64,000 nucleotides of DNA from Piromyces finnis finn. Its lineage: Eukaryota > Fungi > Neocallimastigomycota. The notes beneath the pieces were generated by a model. The model was not told where the DNA came from and did no database searches. It saw only the letters and a program-made list of their open reading frames with translations. The stretch is from assembly GCA_002104945.1 (NCBI GenBank), contig MCFH01000004.1, positions 868,001 to 932,000 of the forward strand. Reading direction: 5' to 3'. The translations under genes were made by a program, and so were the position numbers. Numbering within the stretch: position 1 is the stretch's first letter; the number at the start of each line of letters is the position of its first letter. Below are positions 55,726-64,000 of this stretch, piece after piece.

Positions 55726-58700
55726 TTACTGTTTCTTCAGCATTGTTTCTTCAGCATTGACGCTCTTGGATGTTGCTTCAAACCTTTTGAACATTGACCA
55801 TTGCTGGCCAATAGCAAAAGGCATGATTTTGGTTAGAAGTTCCGCGGTTACCGTCAAGAATGGTGTTCCTTCGTTAGTACCAGATTGAATCTGACGCTTA
55901 CAAAGTTCTTTCCATTCCCTTGAATTGTAATTAATATTGTTAAAACTTCTTCCCCCAAGAAGGAATTTAAATATTTTACTGCACACACTAGAATAATCAT
56001 ACACATTAATATTCACCGGATTATTAGAACTATTACTATCATTAACTAAATTACTATCTAAATTAGAATTATTATCTTCACTATTGCTATCATTACTAAT
56101 ATTATTATTTCTATTATTGTTATTATTACTATTGTTACTATTACTATTGTTACTATTACTATTGTTATTACTACTATTGTTACTATTAGTATTAATGTTA
56201 TTACTATCTCTACTGATATTATCAATTTCATTATTATTGATAGGACTATTGGAATTACGTTGACTGAAAAAATTTAATAGCTGGACTATAGAATCATAAT
56301 GTTTAATACGGATATCTCTAAATGTTGGACAATCTAATAACCAATGTTTAATACTTTGATCTCCACACTTGCAACATGGACAGTAGTTAGGACAAACTGG
56401 ATCAACAAATTTGGCAGCTTTGGCAACTCTAGCATCCAACTTGTATCCGCTTCTTGCTTTCAATAGCCAGTAGAAGCCATAGGCAAACTCTGGGTACTCA
56501 TAACATAATTTAATAAAATCTTTAGTTTCAATAAATTTATTATCATCATAATATTGCGCTTTGATTGAATTCCCTTTGAGATCTTTCCAATAAAAGTTTT
56601 TAACTGCTTTAACATCTCCATGTTTCTTTAATTTTTTATCAAGTGTCCTACTTGATTTGCACCACGTGTATTTTCTAAATTTAGGAATGTAATTGACAAG
56701 GTGTGAGATAATACAATTTGAGTTTTTCCATTTGTTAAAACATCTAACCTGAGCTAACGCACATTTGGCTGACAATGGAGGAATATTCAAATCTTTTGAA
56801 ATAGAGTATAAAGATATAAACGATACAGCTTTATGAACTCCGGCAACCCATCGTATTCCTTTGTTAACATGCTTCTGAGCAATCCTAGACCTAGCTTTGT
56901 TGGATCCAAGTAATGGTGCAAAGTATGAAACTCTGCTAATCACTTGTGAGTTAAGTACTAGTTTTTTGAAAGGAATAGGAATATTAGGATTTCTTAAGAA
57001 TTTACTGACTGAGAAAAGCCCTTTCAAAACCTTGTTATTAAGAGCTTTAATTACTGGTTTAAGGGACAGATTCTTATCAAATGGAACACCAAGATAAGTA
57101 TAACAATCAGTAGTTGGAATGGGTTGTCCTGCTAAGTAAAATGTTGGATCTCTCTTGTTCTGATTTTCTATTGATTCAGGACGAATCACCATCGTTGAAC
57201 ATTTCTGGATACCAAATTCCATTTCATTATACAATGCCCATTCATTAACTCTTCTAAGCATCTTTTTTAAGCATCCTCTTGTTGGAGCACAAATAACTAT
57301 ATCATCTGCAAAAAGTCCACCACAGCATCGAGTGTCACCTAAACTGACTCCTAGATCTTCGCACTCTCTAAATATATCATTAATAAAGAGATTAAAGAGA
57401 ATAGGAGAAAGAGGGCAACCTTGACGGACTCCTTTCTTCACATCAAAAGATTTCGAGAATTGTCCATCTAATTTGACATTAGCCTTAGATGTTAAATATA
57501 AATTTTTGATAAATTGTAAACTCTTACCTCGGATTCCTAAACAATCTAATTTATGGAGAATATTACCGATTGGGACTGAATCGTATGCTTTCCTGAGATC
57601 TAAAAAGGCCAAATATGTCTCTTTATTATCTAATTGACGTCTACGGCATATTTCTTGGATTGAAATGAAAAGACTAATACTTTCTTCCTTTTTTCGAAAA
57701 CCAAATTGTTCAGGTCTAATGAAATTATTCTTTAAACCATATTCTGAGATTCTAGTGGTGACAATTTTGGAAATCAACTTAATGCCATTATTGATAAGTG
57801 ATATACCTCGATAGTTATCACAATCTGTCAAATCACCCTTCTTAGGAATAGAAACAATACTGGATTCATTCCATGAGTTGGGGAAATCTCCATCCCAAAT
57901 ACGGTTGAATAATTTAAGAATAAAATTTAAACCATGAGCATCATTATCTGAAGTAGTATTACCAGAAGAATTATTATCTGTAGCATTATTAGAATCATTA
58001 CTTGATGGAACTAATGCTTTGTAAAATTCAATTGGAATACCATCCGGACCTGATGCTTTATAATTTGGAGTAGTGAGGATAGCTGACTTGACTTCATCAA
58101 TACTAATATCTTGGTTGATATCCCACTCATCAAGCATAGGAAGTGAAAAACGTTTATTCGTTGGTTCTTCATACCAATGCTCCAAATCAAGACTTACACC
58201 ACTTGGGTCTGATGCAAGATTTTCGAAATGATCATGCCACACATCTAGTTGTTCTTCCGTAGCAACAACTAATTCTCCATTTTTATTTTTAATTGGTTGA
58301 GCAATAAAGAAAGAATCTTTTCCAATTTTTGCAGTTTTCTTGATCCATTTCCAGGCCTTCTTAGGATTATGACTCTTCATATACTCACATCCTGTTTTAA
58401 TCCAATGAAGATATTCTTGCTTCCTAAATTCATTACATCTTTTGTGGATGTAATCAATGAGTTTACGGTAGATTTTAATTCTTTTAATAAATTCATCTAT
58501 ATCATAAATTCTTTCTTTTTTAAATCTCTTATACAACTTCATTTTGATTTTTTGAAGATTAAAAATTTGTTGTGAAATATGAAATGAAGACTTTATAACA
58601 TTATTTGCTGAGGTAATACTGAGCTCGTCTGCAATTGAAAAAGCAGTTGAAGTAAACTCTTTGGAAAGTTCATCTGTAGAAACATTAGGATCGCTGGATT

Positions 58701-60222
58701 TTGCTGAAAGTATTTGGAATTTATTATGACTGAGAATAGATTCCTTTTCCTCAATACATTTTAATCTATTCCATTTCAGAATTTTCTTAGGAACATTAAA
58801 GTCATTAGAAAAATCTTCCATAGGAATAATTTTACCATTAATAAGAAGTGGCTTATGGTCTGATACAGGATAAAAATTATTTATAAATGATCCTGAGTGA
58901 ACAAGATCTTTCATCTTCGAATTGATAAGAGCATGGTCAATGTCGGAAGATTGATCACCTCGAGTCCAAGAGATAGTAGACCCTCTAAGCGGAAGAATTT
59001 CCCAATCTCCTAATCCATTAGTTGATAACCAGTTGGATAATTTTACTTTAGACATATTAAAATCACCAACAAGAATCGATGGATGGGATGAATGAGTTTG
59101 TAACCACAAGCGAACTTCTAACTTTGCATGATCAACATAGATGTTGTGATGACTATGAGGCATATAAACATTTCCAATCGAGCATTTGAATCTATTCCAG
59201 AGACTAAAAGTATAAATAGAAATAATATACTTTCCAGAGAAGTTTTCAAGTGAGGCTTGACATGAATTGTGAAAACCTAAATATAAACCTCTCATTCCCG
59301 GAACTGATTCGTCAGCTTTCTTGAAAAAGTGTCTATAGTTTCGCAAAGTAACACGACAAGGATAATCTGTATTCGATCCAGAACCATTACCAGTTTCTTG
59401 GAAACATAAGAATAATGGTTTGAAAATAGCTGTGAAATAGCTAATACTATCTCTCTTTTCGTGATTCCACCCATTGGTGTTCCAACTAAGACAAAAAGAA
59501 AAGTTATCAGGCTTGTTGGATGAGGAAGAATCGTTGCTATTATTATTATTATTAAAGTCATCGTTATTAATGGATGATGCATCAGAGGAATAAGTAGAAC
59601 TATTACTAGATGGCTGTGAAACTGAAGAACTATCAACTATTGAACTGTTATCAGAGTTGATAGAGCTATTAGAATTAATTGTTGAATGTTGAGATTGAAA
59701 TTGTGTTTGCTGTAGATCTGGAATATTTTCATGATGGGAAACTTGTTGAAGATCCTGTTGAAGATCTTGTTGAAGATCGGATTGTTGATGAGATTGTTGA
59801 ACTGATTGTTGAACTGATTGTTGAAATGATTGTTGAATAGAATGTTGATGTTTATTAGAAACTAAAATTTTACGTTTGAGAGTGGAAAAAGTGTATTTGT
59901 GATTCCTTCTACTACGAGCTGAAAAGGAAATTGAGGTAACTGAAAGTTTCTTCTTTAACATGTGTAAGATTTTAATACAATCTTTTGATGAACCATGAAC
60001 CTTGACTAAGAAAAAGTGATCATTGAAAGTTTGAAAATATTTAACACTAATAACTGAATTAAATTTATCTTCTAGAATAACCTCGAGTTTTTCCCATAGC
60101 ATATTTACTGACCATGATCGAATACCACGGATAAAGAAGGAGCGAATATCATCTAAGGGGATACCATAAGACCGGGTACCACGTCTGATATAATTCTTGT
60201 CTTTAATATAAAGGACTGACAT
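55726..60222 (-). CDS. LINE polyprotein, 1498 aa (APE, RT, knuckle), intact apart from an altered C-terminus
   Basis: Same motifs as copy A. It has 4 extra residues in the QQS repeat, and the 14-nt duplication shortens the C-terminus to AEETMLKKQ*. Confidence 0.97.
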   Translation of the reverse strand: MSVLYIKDKNYIRRGTRSYGIPLDDIRSFFIRGIRSWSVNMLWEKLEVILEDKFNSVISVKYFQTFNDHFFLVKVHGSSKDCIKILHMLKKKLSVTSISFSARSRRNHKYTFSTLKRKILVSNKHQHSIQQSFQQSVQQSVQQSHQQSDLQQDLQQDLQQVSHHENIPDLQQTQFQSQHSTINSNSSINSDNSSIVDSSSVSQPSSNSSTYSSDASSINNDDFNNNNNSNDSSSSNKPDNFSFCLSWNTNGWNHEKRDSISYFTAIFKPLFLCFQETGNGSGSNTDYPCRVTLRNYRHFFKKADESVPGMRGLYLGFHNSCQASLENFSGKYIISIYTFSLWNRFKCSIGNVYMPHSHHNIYVDHAKLEVRLWLQTHSSHPSILVGDFNMSKVKLSNWLSTNGLGDWEILPLRGSTISWTRGDQSSDIDHALINSKMKDLVHSGSFINNFYPVSDHKPLLINGKIIPMEDFSNDFNVPKKILKWNRLKCIEEKESILSHNKFQILSAKSSDPNVSTDELSKEFTSTAFSIADELSITSANNVIKSSFHISQQIFNLQKIKMKLYKRFKKERIYDIDEFIKRIKIYRKLIDYIHKRCNEFRKQEYLHWIKTGCEYMKSHNPKKAWKWIKKTAKIGKDSFFIAQPIKNKNGELVVATEEQLDVWHDHFENLASDPSGVSLDLEHWYEEPTNKRFSLPMLDEWDINQDISIDEVKSAILTTPNYKASGPDGIPIEFYKALVPSSNDSNNATDNNSSGNTTSDNDAHGLNFILKLFNRIWDGDFPNSWNESSIVSIPKKGDLTDCDNYRGISLINNGIKLISKIVTTRISEYGLKNNFIRPEQFGFRKKEESISLFISIQEICRRRQLDNKETYLAFLDLRKAYDSVPIGNILHKLDCLGIRGKSLQFIKNLYLTSKANVKLDGQFSKSFDVKKGVRQGCPLSPILFNLFINDIFRECEDLGVSLGDTRCCGGLFADDIVICAPTRGCLKKMLRRVNEWALYNEMEFGIQKCSTMVIRPESIENQNKRDPTFYLAGQPIPTTDCYTYLGVPFDKNLSLKPVIKALNNKVLKGLFSVSKFLRNPNIPIPFKKLVLNSQVISRVSYFAPLLGSNKARSRIAQKHVNKGIRWVAGVHKAVSFISLYSISKDLNIPPLSAKCALAQVRCFNKWKNSNCIISHLVNYIPKFRKYTWCKSSRTLDKKLKKHGDVKAVKNFYWKDLKGNSIKAQYYDDNKFIETKDFIKLCYEYPEFAYGFYWLLKARSGYKLDARVAKAAKFVDPVCPNYCPCCKCGDQSIKHWLLDCPTFRDIRIKHYDSIVQLLNFFSQRNSNSPINNNEIDNISRDSNNINTNSNNSSNNNSNSNNSNSNNSNNNNNRNNNISNDSNSEDNNSNLDSNLVNDSNSSNNPVNINVYDYSSVCSKIFKFLLGGRSFNNINYNSREWKELCKRQIQSGTNEGTPFLTVTAELLTKIMPFAIGQQWSMFKRFEATSKSVNAEETMLKKQ

Positions 60223-60866
60223 GATAATAAATTCTAATTAAAAATATTGAATATAAAATAAATACTAATAAAAATTATAAATATAACGTATATGGAAAAA
60301 AAATCTGTCTCTCTCTCTCTTCTTAAAAGTACTGGATAGTACAAAAATTGTTACGATGCTTTGTTTAAAGTTTCTTTTTTTTGAATTCTAGTTGTAAATT
60401 TTCTTTAAAAATTCTAGTTTTGGTTTGTTGTTAGTAAATTCGAATCGCTTTTTGACACTAAACTTGTTTGACTTTACTTTTCATTAAATATTTAAATTGG
60501 TAAAAAATTTGAATCAAGAATGTCGACACCAGAAAGCTTGTGAATAGTATTTTTACATGATGTAGAGTGAATCAGTCTCTTACAAGAAACAATACAACAA
60601 TAGCTACATGAATATAAAAATACAATGCAAATGCTAAAGTTGACTACATTGGATTCTTACAAGAGAAGAGTAGTACTACATGAATACATGAATAAAAGAA
60701 AAAATACAGCAACAAAATGTATTACTCTTCTAATTAAATACTATACAAACTTACCTGAATATCAAACATTCAACTTATTCATCAAATACTTAATTCGATG
60801 AATAAAATGTTTTTTAATCGCTCAGTACCATGAGCTTAGTCCTAATAATTTTCCCTTAAAGACTAA

Positions 60867-61112
60867 CCAAGCATCCATTGCGCAATGCTTGGATTTAATT
60901 CTTTCTACTCTCTCAGTACCATGAGCATGAGTAGACTCCCTTGATAAACTACGTTTATTAAATAAATGAAGGCACGTTTCCAAGAGGGCACCAAGCATCC
61001 ATTGCGCGATACTTGGATTTAATTCTTTCTACTCTCTCAGTACCATGAGCATGAGTAGACCCCCTTGAGAAACTACATTTATTAAATAAATGAAGGCACG
61101 TTCCCAAGAGGG
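60867..61112 (-). repeat. Two tandem 124-bp 5' monomers of LINE copy B
   Basis: Reverse complement of 23275-23520 with a few substitutions. The element boundary is again at the first C of ccctcttggg. Confidence 0.95.
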
Positions 61113-61820
61113 TAGTTTTTTTTATAACTCAATGGAAAACTATTTTTATTATTATATAGAGAATAATTTTAAAAATAGTCATTTTCCTATTAAAATTTTT
61201 TTTTATTATGAAATTTATAAATATTTTAAAATATATATAAAGTATAAAAAAACAATTCCATAATAAAAAATTAAACATGTAATTTGCAAGGTTTAAACAT
61301 ATTAATAATTGTATACTAGTTTTTTTTTGTTGTTTATAAAAATTAAATTAATAATAGCATTAATTCAGTATGACAGACCAGGCGGATCATAACCACCTAG
61401 CAATAGGAAATAGTCAACATTTCTCTAAGAACCACTACTATTATGATCATTTATTTTCATTTTTTTGTACTAGAAAAAATAATAATATTTTTTATAATTA
61501 AATTATTTAAATAATAATATAATAATATAATATTAATTATAATACATTTTCATTAATAACAAAAAGAAACCATTAAAAATTTGGAATATATTTATAATTT
61601 AAAAAACTAACACATGTAATAATCAATTCAATAAACACATACTAAAGATTTTATATTAATTATATTAATTTTATTAATTTATAATTTACAATTATACATG
61701 CAATTTTATATTAATTATTAAAACTGATATAAGAAAATAAAAAAAATAAAAAATAAATTAAAGGTTTCTTTTACTTTTTTTTTTTATCCTTTTATCAAAA
61801 AATTAATATTATTAATTAAT

Positions 61821-63290
61821 TTAGAGTGGTGGGTTAGCGTTTTCAAGACCTTGTTCGAAGTGCTTTTGGAACCATTGACCGGCTTCTGGAGCTGGCTTCA
61901 TAGCGGTAGCGTGACCACAGTAACCATCGAAACGCTTAGCACTTTCATCAGAGGTACCATCAGATTCACCAAGTGGCTTAACCCAGTAGAAAGCATCAAG
62001 GTAATCCATACCAGAAACTGGATTGGCTTGTGGTCTGGCACCAATACCAACACCAGTTTGGTTACACCATTCACCTGGGTGAGTACGGTCAGTCTTGTGA
62101 CCATTACGAGAAGTATCTTCAATGAAGTAAACAGACTTAATACCAGCGGAAGTAAAGTCCTTGTACATAGCTTGAATGTATCTCTTTTCATCTGGGCAAG
62201 AGTTCCATTCGGTATCTGGACCACGAGAAAGAGTTGGGTCTTCCCATGGAGTGTAGTTAGAAACGTTAGAAGCGAAACCACGAACCTTACCTGGAGAACC
62301 AGAGGCAATAGCCTTAGAGTAAACCTTACCAGCCTTTTCACGGTTATCATCCCAACCTAACCAGAAGGCGTGACCAATATCAAGATACATAGCAACGTGT
62401 GGAAGAACACCAAGCTTCTTAATTAAGTAAGCGTGAGCATCTAAGTAGTACTTTTCAGAAGCAGCACAAGCTGGAGTAGATTCAATGTTAGTAACCATGT
62501 TAGCAAGAGAATCTGGTTCAACAATAAGAACAACTGGTTGAGACTTGTAAGTCTTTAACTTTTCTTCAATAACATCAATGTATTCAGACTTGTAACGAGC
62601 AGCATCACTATCGTTAGCGAGAAGTTCACCATTAGAGGCAAGAGCGTGACAATCACGACCTGGTAAATCGTAAACAACGAAAACGGTTAAGACCTTGGTA
62701 CTACCACTTTGTTCAGCAAGAGCGGTCTTAAGGTTCTTTTCTAACCATTCATTCATGTTCTTAATGGTATCTAACCAAATAGCGTTAGAGTATTCCTTCA
62801 TCTTCTTGGCCTTGGCAATAAGAGAAGAGTCGGACATTTGAGCAATAGCACCATCAACTTCAGCAGTGTAGTATGGGTTAATGAAGAACTTAACACCAGA
62901 GAATGGGTTACCAGTGATAGTGTATTGTTCACCTGGGGTAACATTACCACCGGAACTGCTGGAACCACCACTGGAACTTCCACCCTTTTGAATACCACAC
63001 CAGTTACCATTTTCAACACCCCAATCACCATCACCATCAGTGTAAACTGGAATAGAAGTAGAAGTACAACATGGGTAACCTAAAGCTTGAGACCAACATC
63101 CAGCAGATTGACTGGTAGATCCACCAATACCACACCAGTTACCGTTTTCAACACCCCATTGACCATCACTATCAGTGTAAACTACATTGTTTCCACTACA
63201 ACATGGATATCCTAATCTTTCAGAGAAACAAGAGGCAGAAGCCTTAGCAGCAAGAGCAGCAATAGCAGTTAAAGCAAAAGAAGCCTTCAT
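61821..63290 (-). CDS. Cellulosomal GH6 cellobiohydrolase with signal peptide and two N-terminal fungal dockerin (CBM10-like) modules, intronless
   Basis: C....GYPCC......Y.D..G.WGVENG.WCGI twice. GH6 motifs [48 protein letters not shown] and [10 protein letters not shown]. Strong codon bias. Confidence 0.97.
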   Translation of the reverse strand: MKASFALTAIAALAAKASASCFSERLGYPCCSGNNVVYTDSDGQWGVENGNWCGIGGSTSQSAGCWSQALGYPCCTSTSIPVYTDGDGDWGVENGNWCGIQKGGSSSGGSSSSGGNVTPGEQYTITGNPFSGVKFFINPYYTAEVDGAIAQMSDSSLIAKAKKMKEYSNAIWLDTIKNMNEWLEKNLKTALAEQSGSTKVLTVFVVYDLPGRDCHALASNGELLANDSDAARYKSEYIDVIEEKLKTYKSQPVVLIVEPDSLANMVTNIESTPACAASEKYYLDAHAYLIKKLGVLPHVAMYLDIGHAFWLGWDDNREKAGKVYSKAIASGSPGKVRGFASNVSNYTPWEDPTLSRGPDTEWNSCPDEKRYIQAMYKDFTSAGIKSVYFIEDTSRNGHKTDRTHPGEWCNQTGVGIGARPQANPVSGMDYLDAFYWVKPLGESDGTSDESAKRFDGYCGHATAMKPAPEAGQWFQKHFEQGLENANPPL

Positions 63291-64000
63291 TTTAATTAAT
63301 TTTTATTCTAATTAAAAAATCTAAATTTATAAATATATATTTTTTAATTTGATGATACTTTTTAAAAGCAGTAATAACTCCTTGTTTATATAGTAAAATT
63401 GATAATTTAGATTAAAAATTTAAAATTTAATTATAGTACATAAACTCTATAAATAGAATTTTATAAAGTATAAAAATTATATTATTAATAAATTACCTTT
63501 TTTTTTTATTTTCATATTTTTTATTTTATTATGGTATAATTTAAAGTTTTTATTTATTTTTTCAATTTTTGTTTCATTATTAATTATAATTTAAAATTTA
63601 ACATTTTATAGCTCACTTTAACATACATAAAACACACAACTCACACGCACACCCTAAAAAACAAAACAAAACAAACTAATATGTATATAAATTAGTTGTA
63701 ATTAAATTTTTAGTTTTATGATAATTTAAATTCTTTTTAATAGTATTACTTTTTTTTAAGTTTTTTTTTTTTTTTTTTTTTTCCATTATAATTAAAAAAA
63801 AAAATTCAAATATTTACAATAACTAAAGTGTTAATTAATAATAACAGTTGATAGCTGATGTATATAAAATTTGTCACTATTTTAAATAAAAAAAATAAAA
63901 CAAAATAATATATTTTGCTAATTTTAAATAACATTGATTTATAAATATTATTAACATTTTTATTTTTCTTGTACCTTTTTTTTTTTTTTTGTTTTACTAA

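Larger units (their letters stand above)
55401..61112 (-). mobile_element. Full-length non-LTR retrotransposon, family 1, copy B
   Basis: Near-identical reverse complement of copy A. Poly(T) at 55401-55434. A 13-bp TSD tagttttttttat lies at 55388-55400 and 61113-61125. Confidence 0.97.

Noticed and set aside
61851-63083. Overlapping antisense or alternate-frame ORFs in GH6 (likewise in HSP78, copine, the 5800-11142 ORF and the LINE ORFs)
   Set aside because: Shadow ORFs caused by codon bias or low complexity, with no recognisable motifs.

Overview
Extremely AT-rich, intron-containing eukaryotic DNA. It is most likely an anaerobic gut fungus (Neocallimastigomycota), judged from a dockerin-bearing GH6 cellulase, SAS-6, an organellar Hsp78 and long (AAT)n tracts. 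Host genes in order: V-ATPase subunit A 3' end, a 1780-aa Asn-rich orphan with a C-terminal hydrophobic segment, SAS-6, an archaeal-type (ApgM-like) cofactor-independent phosphoglycerate mutase, Hsp78, Bfr2/AATF, a small secreted Cys-rich orphan, a TPT/SLC35E transporter, SCAP, copine and a GH6 cellobiohydrolase. The accessory content is dominated by a young single-ORF non-LTR retrotransposon (APE endonuclease, RT, CCHC-like knuckle). It has two intact, near-identical full-length copies with TSDs (23.3-29.0 kb on +, 55.4-61.1 kb on -), several 3' fragments and a related older family. The most unusual signal is the LINE 5' end. Both full-length copies start at the same nucleotide of a tandem 124-bp monomer that folds into consecutive hairpins, with a possible pseudoknot and a self-complementary loop, followed by a possible 5'-UTR intron. 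Also unexplained are a head-to-tail train of four LINE fragments, a ~230-bp direct repeat around a decayed LINE, and a strand-polarised TATTTACA motif array. All calls come from reading the sequence by eye; no searches or folding programs were run.
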